Counted from the first letter of the stretch, positions 51,437-63,915 are shown. The stretch: 64,000 bases of DNA from an uncultured Thermoleophilia bacterium (GCA_963715735.1 OY970268.1:2513529-2577528); one strand, 5' to 3'. The notes: a model not told the origin generated them from the sequence alone. A program made the numbers and translations.

Positions 51437-52138
51437 GTGGTGGCAAATGGGTCCGCCCGCATTCTTCTCGTCGATGACGAGCAGTCGATACAGACGCTGC
51501 TCAGTTACCCGCTGCGCAAGGACGGCTATCACGTCACCTCCGCGCTCGACGGCTCCGAAGCGCTGCAGCGCTTCGACGACGGCCGCTTCGATCTGGTCAT
51601 CCTCGACCTGATGCTGCCGCGGCTCGACGGGGTCGAAGTCTGCCGCCAGCTGCGCTCCCGCAGCCAGGTGCCGATCATCATGCTGACCGCGAAAGGCAGC
51701 GAGACCGACAAGGTCGCCGGGCTCGAGGTCGGTGCCGACGACTACATCACCAAGCCGTTCTCGATGCGCGAGTTCCGCAGCCGGGTCAAAGCAGCACTGC
51801 GGCGATCGCGGATGGGCGGCCCCGAGCAAGGTGACGAAGGCGCGATCGAGTCCGGTCGGCTGACGATCGACTTCGACCGGCGGATGGTGACGCTGGGCGA
51901 GCAGGAGGTCGGCGTGACCTACGTCGAGTTCGAGATCCTCGGCGCCCTCGCCCGCTCTCCCGGCCGGGTGCTCACCCGCGAGACGCTGCTCGAGCACGTC
52001 TGGGGGGACTCCGAGTACCGCGATCCGCGCACCGTCGACGTCCACATCAGACATCTGCGCGAGAAGCTCGAGCAGGACCCCAAGCAGCCGGAGTTCCTGT
52101 TCACGGTGCGCGGGGTCGGCTACCGCTTCAAGGAGTAG
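51437..52138 (+). CDS. OmpR/PhoB-family response regulator
   Basis: ILLVDDE, LVILDLMLP, IIMLTAK, GADDYITKPF and the winged-helix C-terminus (FLFTVRGVGYRF). Confidence 0.92.
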   Translation: MVANGSARILLVDDEQSIQTLLSYPLRKDGYHVTSALDGSEALQRFDDGRFDLVILDLMLPRLDGVEVCRQLRSRSQVPIIMLTAKGSETDKVAGLEVGADDYITKPFSMREFRSRVKAALRRSRMGGPEQGDEGAIESGRLTIDFDRRMVTLGEQEVGVTYVEFEILGALARSPGRVLTRETLLEHVWGDSEYRDPRTVDVHIRHLREKLEQDPKQPEFLFTVRGVGYRFKE

Positions 52139-52140
52139 CC

Positions 52141-53214
52141 ATGCGCCGGCTGCGGTTGACGACCCTCGGCAGCCGGATCACGGTGACGGCGGTCGGCATC
52201 TGCCTCGGCACCGTCTTCGTCATCTACCTCTACACGGTGACGATCGCCGGCGGTGCCAGCGGGCTCTCCGCGGTCAAGCTGCAGATCGTCGTCGGCGGCC
52301 TGATCGCGACCGCGATCGCGACCCTGCTCGGCGTCTACTACGCGCAGCGGGCGGTCGGCAACGTCCGCCGGCTGCAGGATGCGGCGAACAAGGTCGCGGA
52401 GGGCAACTTCGAAACGACGATCCCGGTCGCCTCCGTCGGCCAGCTGGCACCGCTGGCCCGCACCTTCAACGAGATGCAGCGGCGGCTGGCCGAGCTCGAC
52501 AGCGCCCGCAAGCAGTTCATCGCCAACGCCTCGCACGAGCTGCGAACGCCGATCTTCAGCCTCGGCGGCTTCGTCGAGCTGCTCGACGAGGAGAACCCCA
52601 GCCCGGAGGAGCGGGCCGAGTTCGTGCGCACGATGCGCCAGCAGATCGAGCGGCTGACCAAGCTCACCGCCGACCTCCTCGACCTCTCCCAGCTCGACGC
52701 CGGAGCGATGGTGATGCAGGCGCGGTCGGTCGATCTCGGCGGCCTGGCAAGAGAGGTGACCAAGGAGTTCAGTGCGCGCGCCGAACTGCGCGGATCCCGC
52801 CTGGAGCTGCGTACCCCCGAGCAATCGGTGATCGCCAGAGGGGACCCTGATCGGGTCCGGCAGATCATCCGTATCCTGCTTGACAACGCCCTCACCCATA
52901 CGCCTGAGGGAACCAAGGTAACCGTGACCACCTACTCCGCCAACCGCCGCGCCGAGCTGACCGTCTCCGACGAAGGAGAAGGCATCCCCCAGCGCGTCCA
53001 GCCCAGGATCTTCGAGCGCTTCTACACGGCGGATTCGGCGGGCGGCTCCGGCCTCGGCCTGGCGATCGCCAGCGAGCTCGCACAGCGGATGCGGGGTCGG
53101 ATCACGATCAGCTCCAGCCGCCGCTTCACCGCCTTCACGCTCGATCTGCCGCCCGCCACCCGGCAGGAATCCCCGGCGCCGGCGCCGCGAGCGGTTGCCA
53201 GGGCAGCCAGATGA
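52141..53214 (+). CDS. sensor histidine kinase (two TM, HAMP, HisKA, HATPase_c)
   Basis: H-box FIANASHELRTP, N-box LLDNALTHTP, G1 DEGEGIP, G2 GGSGLGLAIA. Confidence 0.9.
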   Translation: MRRLRLTTLGSRITVTAVGICLGTVFVIYLYTVTIAGGASGLSAVKLQIVVGGLIATAIATLLGVYYAQRAVGNVRRLQDAANKVAEGNFETTIPVASVGQLAPLARTFNEMQRRLAELDSARKQFIANASHELRTPIFSLGGFVELLDEENPSPEERAEFVRTMRQQIERLTKLTADLLDLSQLDAGAMVMQARSVDLGGLAREVTKEFSARAELRGSRLELRTPEQSVIARGDPDRVRQIIRILLDNALTHTPEGTKVTVTTYSANRRAELTVSDEGEGIPQRVQPRIFERFYTADSAGGSGLGLAIASELAQRMRGRITISSSRRFTAFTLDLPPATRQESPAPAPRAVARAAR

Positions 53215-54359
53215 GCGCGCGGGCAGCGCTCGCCGCGCTGTTGCTCTGCCTGGCCCTGCTGGCCGGCTGCGGCTCCGGCGAGGAGGGCTCCGACTCCAGC
53301 GCCCAGGCGACCCAGACGGAAACTGCGGCGACCCAGGTGATCGTCGAGACCGCCGCCAGCGGCTTCAACGCCGCCGACGTCTACCGCCGCGCCTCGCCCG
53401 GCGTGGTCACGATCCGTTCGGTCTTCCCTGGCGCCGGCGGCGCCGCCGAGGGCTCGGGCTTCGTCCTCAACGACGACGGTGAGATCGTCACCAACGCCCA
53501 CGTCGTCACCGAAGAAGGCGGCGGCTCCCGTCGCCCCGCCGACGAAGTCTTCGTCGAGTTCCCCGACCGCAACGTGGTGGTGGCGGAGATCCTCGGCTTC
53601 GACCCCTTCGCCGACGTCGCCCTGCTCAGGGTCGACCCCGACGGCGTTCCCCTGCATCCGCTCGAGCTCGGCGACGACAGCGATCTCCAGGTCGGCCAGC
53701 CGGTGGCGGCGATCGGTAGTCCGTTCGGCGAGCAGCAGTCGCTCTCGGTCGGCGTGATCTCGGCCACCGACCGCTCGGTGCGCTCGTTGACCCAGTTCCA
53801 GATCGAGGGGGCGATCCAAACCGACGCTTCGATCAACCCCGGCAACTCGGGCGGGCCGCTGCTCGACGCCGGCGCCCGAGTGGTCGGCATCAACCAACAG
53901 ATCGAGACCAACTCCGGCGCCAACGACGGCGTCGGCTTTGCCGTGCCGATCTCTTCGATCAAGCGCTCGGTGTCCCAGCTCGAGGCCGACGGCAGCGTCG
54001 AATACGCCTACATCGGCGTCTCCAGCCAGGCGCTCTACCCGCAGCTGGCGGCGAAGCTCGGGCTCGACACCGATTTCGGCGGGCTGCTGGCGAGCATCGT
54101 CCCCGGCGGACCGGCCGAGAAGGCGGGGCTCGAGGGTGGCGACGAAGAACTCAAATTCCAGGCCGGCGAATACAGCACCGGTGGCGACGTGGTCCTCAAA
54201 GTCGACGACCATCCCGTGGTCGGGCCCGCCGATCTCTCGCGCTTGATCTCCACCTACCAGCCCGGTGACGAGGTGACGCTGACCGTCCTGCGCGACGGCG
54301 ATCAGGACCAGGTCGAGGTCACTCTGGGCCGCCGCCCCGACTCCGTTCCCGGGGGCTGA
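53211..54359 (+). CDS. HtrA/DegP-family serine protease with a PDZ domain (lipoprotein signal)
   Basis: Lipobox LLAGCGS. Catalytic triad contexts TNAHVV, DVALLRV and GNSGGPL. PDZ domain (GLLASIVPGGPAEKAGL). ATGA overlap with the kinase gene. Confidence 0.9.
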   Translation: MSARAALAALLLCLALLAGCGSGEEGSDSSAQATQTETAATQVIVETAASGFNAADVYRRASPGVVTIRSVFPGAGGAAEGSGFVLNDDGEIVTNAHVVTEEGGGSRRPADEVFVEFPDRNVVVAEILGFDPFADVALLRVDPDGVPLHPLELGDDSDLQVGQPVAAIGSPFGEQQSLSVGVISATDRSVRSLTQFQIEGAIQTDASINPGNSGGPLLDAGARVVGINQQIETNSGANDGVGFAVPISSIKRSVSQLEADGSVEYAYIGVSSQALYPQLAAKLGLDTDFGGLLASIVPGGPAEKAGLEGGDEELKFQAGEYSTGGDVVLKVDDHPVVGPADLSRLISTYQPGDEVTLTVLRDGDQDQVEVTLGRRPDSVPGG

Positions 54360-54396
54360 CCGACACAGCGCCGCCTGGCCGTGTAGAACTCCGGCC

Positions 54397-55638
54397 TTGC
54401 TTCAGGAAGTCGCCCTTGGCCAGAAGTCCCTCACCGACTACACCCACATAGTCGGGAAGGAGACGACCGAGCGCATTCGCGAGCTGGCCGAGCCGCTGAA
54501 AGGCAAGCGGGTCCTCCACGTCAGCGCCACCGCCTTCGGCGGCGGCGTCTCGGAGATCCTCTACACGATCGTGCCGCTGATGCGGGACGTCGGCCTCGAC
54601 GCCCACTGGCACGTGATCTTCGGCAAGGAGGAGTTCTTCAACGCGACCAAGCTCCTCCACAACTCGCTGCAGGGCGCCGAGGAGACGCTGAGCGACGAGC
54701 AGTGGAAGGTCTTCGACGAGATCAACCAGATCAACGCCGAGGGCCTGCAGGGCGAGTGGGACGCGGTGATCGTCCACGACCCGCAGCCGATCGGCCTGCA
54801 CCGCGGCGCCAAGGAGAAGGGAAAGCGCTGGATCTGGCGCTGCCACATCGACCTCTCGACGCCGAACCCGGCGCCGATCGAGCGGCTGCTGCCGATGATC
54901 GAAGAATACGACGCCAGCGTCTGGCATCTGCCCGCCTACGTGCCCGCCGCGATGGACGGCGCCCGCGCCGGGGTCAACATCATCCCGCCGGCGATCGACC
55001 CGCTCTCGCCGAAGAACATGGCCTTCTCGCCCGAGGACGCCGCCTTCATCTGCAAACAGTTCGGGATCGACGTCGAGCGCCCGCTGATCACCCAGGTCTC
55101 CCGCTTCGACCCCTGGAAGGACCCGATCGGCGTCATCGACGCCTACCGCGAGATCACCGAGCAGGTTCCCGAGGCACAGCTGGCGATGGTCGGCTCGATG
55201 GCCTCCGACGATCCCGAGGGTCGCGAGTACTTCCAGAAGACCTACGAATACGCCGACGCGGATCCCGACATCAAGATCCTCAGCAACCTCAACAACGTCG
55301 GCGCGATCGAGGTCAACGCCTTCCAGTCGCAGTCCGACGTCTGCCTGCAGAAGTCGATCCGCGAGGGCTTCGGGCTGACCGTCACCGAGGCGCTCTGGAA
55401 GGGCCGCCCGACGGTCGCCGGCAACGTCGGCGGCATCCCGCTGCAGATCGAGGACGGTGAGACCGGCTACCTGGTCAACTCGCCGTCGGAGTGCGCGCAG
55501 CGCTGCCTGCAGATTCTCGGCGACCCCGAGCTCGGCAAGCGGCTGGGCCGGGCCGGCAAGGAGCACGCCCGCCGCGAGTTCCTCTCACCGCGGCTGCTGC
55601 GCGACTGGCTCGGTCTGCTGACCGATCTCGACACCTAG
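54397..55638 (+). CDS. treT: trehalose glycosyltransferring synthase (TreT-like GT4)
   Basis: The N-terminus SLTDYTHIVGKETTERIRELAEPLKGKRVLHVSATAFGGGVSEILYTIVPLMRDVGLDAHWHVI.G.EEFFNATKLLHNSLQG matches my recollection of the TreT pattern. The C-terminal part is GT4-like (REGFGLTVTEALWKGRPTVAGNVGGI). TTG start. Confidence 0.7.
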   Translation: MLQEVALGQKSLTDYTHIVGKETTERIRELAEPLKGKRVLHVSATAFGGGVSEILYTIVPLMRDVGLDAHWHVIFGKEEFFNATKLLHNSLQGAEETLSDEQWKVFDEINQINAEGLQGEWDAVIVHDPQPIGLHRGAKEKGKRWIWRCHIDLSTPNPAPIERLLPMIEEYDASVWHLPAYVPAAMDGARAGVNIIPPAIDPLSPKNMAFSPEDAAFICKQFGIDVERPLITQVSRFDPWKDPIGVIDAYREITEQVPEAQLAMVGSMASDDPEGREYFQKTYEYADADPDIKILSNLNNVGAIEVNAFQSQSDVCLQKSIREGFGLTVTEALWKGRPTVAGNVGGIPLQIEDGETGYLVNSPSECAQRCLQILGDPELGKRLGRAGKEHARREFLSPRLLRDWLGLLTDLDT

Positions 55639-55661
55639 CCCCAGCGCGTAACCTAGGCGGC

Positions 55662-57119
55662 GTGGACGCTTCGCCGCTGATCATCGTCTCGAACCGGGGG
55701 CCCGCCCAGTTCGAGCTCGACGAGAACGGTCAACGCACCGTGCGTCGCGGCGGCGGCGGCCTCGTCACCGCCCTCTCCGGGCTGGTCTCCCACCGCGACG
55801 CGCTCTGGATCGCCTCGGCGATGACCGAGGAGGACGTCGTCGTCTCCGAAGAGCAGGGCGGCGCCGTCGAGCTCTCGATCGACGGCATCGATTACCGCGT
55901 CTGCCTGGTCGACAGCGACCCGGTCGCCTACGACCGCTTCTACAACGTGATCGCCAACCCGATCCTCTGGTTCATCCAGCACTACCTCTGGGACCTCTCC
56001 AACGCGCCCGACATCCGCCAGGAGGAGCGCGATGCCTGGGACTACGGCTACCAGGTGGTCAACCGCGACATCGCCGGGGCGGTCCTGGGCCAGATCGAGG
56101 GCCAGGAGCAGCCGCTGGTGATGCTGCACGACTACCACCTCTACACGGCCCCGCGGATGATCCGCGAACAGCGTCCCGACGTCTTCCTGCACCACTTCGT
56201 CCACATCCCCTGGTCCCAGCCCGACAGCTGGCGAGTGCTGCCGACCCGGATCCGCGACGCCATCTTCGACGGGCTGCTGGCCAACGACATCATCGGCTTC
56301 CACACCGTCGCCTACTGCATCAACTTCCTGCGCTGCTGCGACGAACTCCTGGAAGCCGAGGTCGACTACGCCAACGGCGAGGTCCGCCACGAGGGCGGTC
56401 GCACCCTCGCTCGCGCCTACCCGCTCGGGATCGACGCCGAGCGGCTGCGGCGGGCGGCGGAATCGCCGGAGGTCGCCGAGGCCGAGCGCGAGGTGCTGGA
56501 GCGCCGCCGCAAGCACCTGATCATCCGCGTCGACCGCGCCGACCTCTCCAAGAACGTGCTGCGCGGCTTCACCGCCTTCGACACCTTCCTCACCCAGCAC
56601 CCGGAGTTCCGCGAAGAGGTCACCTTCATCGCCCACCTGCAGCCCTCGCGCCAGGACGTGCCCGAGTACGCCGAGTACCTCGAGCGGATCGAGGCCCTCG
56701 TCGCGGTCGTCAACCACCGCCACGGCACCACCGACTGGATGCCGATCGACCTCAAGATCTACGAGAACTTCCCCGAGGCAGTGGCCCGCTACAAGCACTT
56801 CGACCTGCTGATGGTCAACTCGATTTTCGACGGTATGAACCTGGTCGCCAAGGAGGCGCCGGCCGTCAACACCAGGGATGGCGTCCTGATGCTCTCCGAG
56901 AACACCGGCTCCCACCACGAGCTCTGGGACTACGTGATCTCGGTCAACCCCTTCGACATCCAGCAGCAGGCCGACGCGATCTACCGGGCACTGACGATGC
57001 CGGCCGAGCAGCGACGCCAGTACTCGGAAGGGCTGAAGGAGATCATCTTCTCCCGCAACCCGGGCGATTGGGTCGACGACCAGTTGCAGGACATCAAGGC
57101 GGCCCAGGCGCGGGCCTAG
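55662..57119 (+). CDS. otsA: alpha,alpha-trehalose-phosphate synthase (GT20)
   Basis: LIIVSNRGP, GGLVTAL, HDYHL, FLH.P.P, VDR.D.SKN and NS..DGMNLVAKE. GTG start at 55662. Confidence 0.85.
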   Translation: MDASPLIIVSNRGPAQFELDENGQRTVRRGGGGLVTALSGLVSHRDALWIASAMTEEDVVVSEEQGGAVELSIDGIDYRVCLVDSDPVAYDRFYNVIANPILWFIQHYLWDLSNAPDIRQEERDAWDYGYQVVNRDIAGAVLGQIEGQEQPLVMLHDYHLYTAPRMIREQRPDVFLHHFVHIPWSQPDSWRVLPTRIRDAIFDGLLANDIIGFHTVAYCINFLRCCDELLEAEVDYANGEVRHEGGRTLARAYPLGIDAERLRRAAESPEVAEAEREVLERRRKHLIIRVDRADLSKNVLRGFTAFDTFLTQHPEFREEVTFIAHLQPSRQDVPEYAEYLERIEALVAVVNHRHGTTDWMPIDLKIYENFPEAVARYKHFDLLMVNSIFDGMNLVAKEAPAVNTRDGVLMLSENTGSHHELWDYVISVNPFDIQQQADAIYRALTMPAEQRRQYSEGLKEIIFSRNPGDWVDDQLQDIKAAQARA

Positions 57120-57162
57120 CGCCCCGGGGGGCGAGCCAAGGGCTGCCAGTCCTTGGTCTTGG

Positions 57163-57648
57163 ATGGGAGGAGTCAGAGTTCGGTGGCGGGGCGTTGGCAA
57201 GGTCGCGGCGGTCCTGGTCGGCGGCCTCGTCGCCCTGCGGTTGCTTCCCGGGGTGTTCGAGCCACCGCAGGCGCCGCCGTTGGCCGCGGACGTGGGGCTG
57301 CCGCGAGTCGCGCGAATGGGCGCGGGTGCTGCGGTCGTCGCCCACGAGGCAGTGCCGAGGCCGAAACCTCGGCCGAAGCGGAGGCCGTCCCGGGGCTCGG
57401 CGCCGGCAACCGCGGTAATCGGGACGATGCCGCGGCGGCACAGACCCAGGTCGCACCTTCGGCGCGGGTGCCCAAATGGCGACTTACCGTCGGGATGCGA
57501 CAGAAAGCCGCCAACGACCGCCGCACCGCCAGTGCCCGTGGCGCCGGCGCCTCCCGAACCGGTCGCCTCGAACCCCCCTCCCGAATCTGCCCCGCCCGCT
57601 CCCACCCCCGCTCCCGAAGACGGATCGAGGGAGTTCGCCCCGCACTGA
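57163..57648 (+). CDS. hypothetical Pro-rich protein with one N-terminal TM segment
   Basis: This is the best GC3 frame in the 57.12-57.67 kb gap. It has a TM-like segment (VAAVLVGGLVALRLL) and a Pro/Ala-rich tail. No recognisable family. Confidence 0.35.
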   Translation: MGGVRVRWRGVGKVAAVLVGGLVALRLLPGVFEPPQAPPLAADVGLPRVARMGAGAAVVAHEAVPRPKPRPKRRPSRGSAPATAVIGTMPRRHRPRSHLRRGCPNGDLPSGCDRKPPTTAAPPVPVAPAPPEPVASNPPPESAPPAPTPAPEDGSREFAPH

Positions 57649-57674
57649 CTCCACCGCTATAGTCCCTCGCCGTT

Positions 57675-58082
57675 TTGGCAGCCCCACGTGAATACGAGCT
57701 GGTCCTGATGCTGGACCCCCAGTTGGACGCCCCCGCGCGCGACGGGCTGGCCGGCGACGCCCGCGGCCAGATCGAGGCTTCCGGCACGCTGAAAACGGAA
57801 AACGACTGGGGCCTGCGCAAGATGGCCTACGAAATCAACAAGCGAACCGAGGCGGATTACCGCTGGTTCCGCTTCGAGGCCGCGAACGAGCTGCTCGACT
57901 CGCTCGACCACAACCTGAAGATCGCCGACGGCGTCCTGCGCTTCCGCATCTTCAAAGTCGATCCCGACGCCCCGGTCATCGTCCCCCCCGCCACCAGCGC
58001 CGCCCCCGGCCCGCGTGAGCGCAGTGCCCACGGAGCCCGCGAGGATCGCGGCGACTCCGGCGGCGACTCGGACGACGAGTAG
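57675..58082 (+). CDS. rpsF: 30S ribosomal protein S6
   Basis: REYELVLMLDP, WGLRKMAYEI and DYRWFRF, with an acidic tail. TTG start. Confidence 0.9.
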   Translation: MAAPREYELVLMLDPQLDAPARDGLAGDARGQIEASGTLKTENDWGLRKMAYEINKRTEADYRWFRFEAANELLDSLDHNLKIADGVLRFRIFKVDPDAPVIVPPATSAAPGPRERSAHGAREDRGDSGGDSDDE

Positions 58083-58188
58083 GACCCGCCCCCCGCTCTT
58101 TGCGGGAAGCCTTCGCCGACGGGGGAGAGTCACGCCGCCGGGCCTCTTAGACTGGAGTTCAGCAAGCAACTTCAGAGGAGTGAGTGCA

Positions 58189-58683
58189 TTGGCAGCTTCG
58201 AACGTCAACGTGGTGGTCATCACCGGGAACCTGACCCGGGACCCTGAGCTGCGAAGCACGGGTGGTGGAACCTCGGTATGTGAGCTTCGCGTCGCGGTCA
58301 ACAGCCGCCGCAAAGACGGTCAGTCCGGCCAGTGGGTCGACAAGCCCAACTACTTCGACGTGACCGTCTGGGGAGCGCAGGGTGAGAACTGCGCCAACTA
58401 CCTCGCCAAGGGACGGCCGGTGGCGATCGAAGGCCGGCTCGACTGGCGCGAGTGGGAAGCCAAAGACGGCGGTAAACGGCAGGCGGTCCAGATCATCGCC
58501 AACACGGTCCAGTTCCTCGGCTCCCGCGACGGGGCCGGCGGTGGTGGCGGTGGCCAGGGGGGTGGCGGCAACGGCAACGGCGGCTTCAGCAGCCCCAGCA
58601 GCGACGTCCCCGCCGACACCTCCGACTTCGAAGGCGCGCCCGCCGGCGCCGGCGGCGGCTCCGAAGACGACATTCCCTTCTAG
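58189..58683 (+). CDS. ssb: single-stranded DNA-binding protein
   Basis: NVVVITGNLTRDPELR, an OB fold, a Gly-rich linker and the acidic tip EDDIPF. TTG 58189 lies 8 nt after GGAG. Confidence 0.92.
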   Translation: MAASNVNVVVITGNLTRDPELRSTGGGTSVCELRVAVNSRRKDGQSGQWVDKPNYFDVTVWGAQGENCANYLAKGRPVAIEGRLDWREWEAKDGGKRQAVQIIANTVQFLGSRDGAGGGGGGQGGGGNGNGGFSSPSSDVPADTSDFEGAPAGAGGGSEDDIPF

Positions 58684-58743
58684 TCGGGGTCCCGAGGGCG
58701 CCAAGCGGCCTGCGCCCTCGGGTCTGTACCATCCGCCGTCGCG

Positions 58744-59010
58744 ATGGCTAGAGCTAGAGAGAACTCAGACAGCAGCAACCGACGTGGCCGCCGAGGCGCC
58801 GAGCGCGCCCGGCCGCGCAAGTACACCCGGGTCAACTCCGAGGTCGTCGACTACAAGGACCTGACCCTGCTGCGCCGCTTCCTCTCCGACAAGGGGAAGA
58901 CCCGCGGCCGCCGCGTCACCGGACTTTCCCGCCGCCATCAGCGACAGCTCTCGGTGGCGGTGAAGCGGGCGCGCGAGATCGCCCTGCTTCCCTACGTCGG
59001 AGAGCGCTGA
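58744..59010 (+). CDS. rpsR: 30S ribosomal protein S18
   Basis: [50 protein letters not shown]. Confidence 0.92.
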   Translation: MARARENSDSSNRRGRRGAERARPRKYTRVNSEVVDYKDLTLLRRFLSDKGKTRGRRVTGLSRRHQRQLSVAVKRAREIALLPYVGER

Positions 59011-59462
59011 TGGCACAGGCGATCCTGCTCGAGGACGTCGAGTCCCTCGGCGAGCGCGGCCAGGCGATCGACGTCGCCCCCGGCTACCTTCGCAACTACC
59101 TGATCCCGCGCAAGCTGGCCCAGCCGGCGACCGCCGGAGCCCTCGAGGAGGCCCAGCGCCGGACCGCAGCGGCCCACCGAGCCGAGGCGGCGCGCGCCGA
59201 GCGCGAAGCCGAGGCGGCCGGACTGCTCGGCAAGACCGTGCTGACGATCCACCAGCGCGCCGGCGAGGACGGCAAGCTGTTCGGCTCGGTTGGCGCCAAG
59301 GAGATCGCCGAGGCGCTGCGCGACGCACGTGATCTGAGGATCGAGAAAAAACGCATCCGGCTCGAGCAGCCGCTGCGCGAGCTCGGCACCTTCATGGTCG
59401 AGATCGAGCTCGCCGACGGTACCGTCGCCGCGGTGAAGACGATCATCTCCGAGGAGAAGTAA
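59010..59462 (+). CDS. rplI: 50S ribosomal protein L9
   Basis: ILLEDVESLGERGQAIDVAPGYLRNYLIPRKLA. TGATG overlap with rpsR. Confidence 0.92.
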   Translation: MAQAILLEDVESLGERGQAIDVAPGYLRNYLIPRKLAQPATAGALEEAQRRTAAAHRAEAARAEREAEAAGLLGKTVLTIHQRAGEDGKLFGSVGAKEIAEALRDARDLRIEKKRIRLEQPLRELGTFMVEIELADGTVAAVKTIISEEK

Positions 59463-59484
59463 CCCCCTCACGCTAGGCTCGGTC

Positions 59485-60219
59485 GTGGGAGTGCCACGAC
59501 TGCCGACAAGGATCAAGCGTAGGGCCAAGGCGCGCACGCGCTTCGGCTGGGCGCGCTCGGAGCGCGCGACCGTCGGCCTCGCCAGCGTCGCCTGTGCCAC
59601 GGCGGGCGCGGTCCTGGTCGGCCAGTTCAGCCGCATGTTGGCCCGCCGGGCCAAAGAGGACCACGATCCCGAAGGCTTGATCGAATCGGCGCCGGCGGCG
59701 GCCGCGGACACGGTCGGGGTCGCCGTCCGCGGCTACGTCGAGGCGCCGCGCAGCGAGACGGTCCTCTTCAACCTGCTCGCCGGCTTCCTCGGATCGTTCG
59801 CGATGGTCCGCCTCTCGACCTGGGGGATCCGCGACCACTGGGGACCCTTCCGCAACGTCCGCATCGCCGGCCGCCACATCCACCACTTCGTCCCCGGGAT
59901 TCTGCTCGCCTTCGGCGCCGGCACGACCGCCCTGCTCACCGACGACGATCGCCTCGAGCAGCAACTGGCGGTGCCGATGGGCGTCGGGATCGGGCTGACT
60001 TTCGACGAGGCGGCCCTGCTGCTCGACCTGCGCGACGTCTACTGGACCCGGGAAGGGCTGCTCAGCGTCCAACTGAGCCTCGGCGCCACGGCGATCCTCA
60101 GCATCGCCATCCTCACCCTGCGTATGCTCCGCCGCGGCGAGCTCCGCCAGGAGGAGGAGGGGTTGATCCCACCGTCGCCCCACCATCAGCTCTCCTTCGG
60201 AACTGCCGGGATGGCGTAA
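59485..60219 (+). CDS. hypothetical integral membrane protein
   Basis: Four or so hydrophobic segments and HIHHFVPGILL. It lies between rplI and dnaB. No family assignment. Confidence 0.55.
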   Translation: MGVPRLPTRIKRRAKARTRFGWARSERATVGLASVACATAGAVLVGQFSRMLARRAKEDHDPEGLIESAPAAAADTVGVAVRGYVEAPRSETVLFNLLAGFLGSFAMVRLSTWGIRDHWGPFRNVRIAGRHIHHFVPGILLAFGAGTTALLTDDDRLEQQLAVPMGVGIGLTFDEAALLLDLRDVYWTREGLLSVQLSLGATAILSIAILTLRMLRRGELRQEEEGLIPPSPHHQLSFGTAGMA

Positions 60220-60347
60220 CCGAAGCGTCAATTCCTTTTCGCGGGATTTGCACATAAGGGTGACGTGGAGAGACGCCAGCTTTGGTTTGCTTGTCGTCCT
60301 CGGGAGCTCGCGCCCGGATCCGCCGCGCGGCGTCCTTTACTAACCCC

Positions 60348-61771
60348 ATGCCCCAGACCTCCACCAGCCACGTACCGCCGCAGAACATCGAGGCGGAGGA
60401 GTCGGTGCTGGGCGCGATGCTGGTCGCCGAGCCGGCGCTGACCCGGGTGATCGACGAGGTCAAGCTGAACGCGGCGGACTTCTATCTGGACCGCCACCGG
60501 GCGATCTTCGAGGCGGTCCACGACCTCTACGCGGCTTCGAAGCCGGTCGATGAGCTCAGCGTCAGTGAGGCGTTGACGCAGCGCAACATGATCGAGACCG
60601 CCGGCGGCAAGCACTACGTCTCCGAGCTGGCGGCGAAGGTGCCGGCGGCCGGCAACGCCAAGCACTACGCGGAGATCGTCCAGCAGAACTCGCTGCTGCG
60701 CCGCCTGCTCGGCGCCGGGCAGGAGATCCAGGGTTGGGTCAACGATCGCGACGGCGAGCCCCGAGAGCTCTCCGAGCGGGCCGAGAAGCTGCTCTTCGAG
60801 GTCGCCCACAAAGAGCAGGCGAGCGACTTCCGCCTGCTCTCGGAGATCCTCCACGACGAGATCGACCGGCTCGAGAAGCTCTCCACCGGCGAGATCGAAA
60901 TGACCGGTACCCCGTCCGGCTTCCGCGACATCGACGCGATCACCGGCGGCTTCCAGCCCGGCAACCTGATCATCGTCGCGGCGCGGCCGGCGATGGGCAA
61001 GAGCGCCCTGGTCGCCAACATCGCCGAAAACGTCGCGGTCAAGCGCAACAAGGCGGTCGCCTTCTTCTCGCTGGAGATGTCGGAGGTCGAGCTCGCCCAG
61101 CGCTTCATCGCCTGTCGCGCGCGGATCTCCGGCGACAAGCTGCGCAAGGGCCAGGTCTCCCCGCGCGACTGGCCGAAGGTGGTGCGGGCCTGCAACGAAC
61201 TCGAGGAAGCGCCGCTGTGGTTCGACGACTCCTCCGACCTCGGCATCCTCGACCTGCGGGCGAAGGCACGCCGCCTGCACGCCCAAGAACAGGAGCGCGG
61301 CGGGCTCGGCCTGATCATCCTCGACTACATGCAGCTGATGCGCTCCGACGACCACCGCGCCAACCGGGTCGAGCAGGTCGGCCAGATCAGCCGCGGGCTG
61401 AAGATCCTCGCCCGCGAGCTGGAGGTGCCGGTGGTGGCGATCTCCCAGCTCTCGCGCGCGCCCGAGCAGCGGACGCCGCCGAAGCCGCAGCTCTCCGACC
61501 TGCGCGAGTCGGGCCAGATCGAGCAGGACGCCGACGTCGTCGCCTTCCTCTTCCGGGCCGACTACTACCGCGACCCCGACGAGGAGCCCGACGGCCTCGC
61601 CGACCTGATCATCGCCAAGCATAGGAACGGCCCGATCGGGACCCGCTCGCTGGTCTTCCTCGACCGCTTCCCCAAATTCGCCGACTACTCCGGCCAGGAC
61701 TCGCCGATCGAGCAGCCGGCAGGAGAAGGACCGCCGCTGGAAGACGCCGCGGCGGCGGGGCCTGACTTCTG

Positions 61772-61772
<1 letters not shown>
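60348..61772 (+). CDS. dnaB: replicative DNA helicase DnaB
   Basis: PPQNIEAEESVLGAML, Walker A ARPAMGKSAL, IILDYMQLM, QISRGLKILARELEVPVVAISQLSRA and DADVV.FL.R. It is contiguous, with no intein. Confidence 0.95.
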
Positions 61773-63915
<2,143 letters not shown>

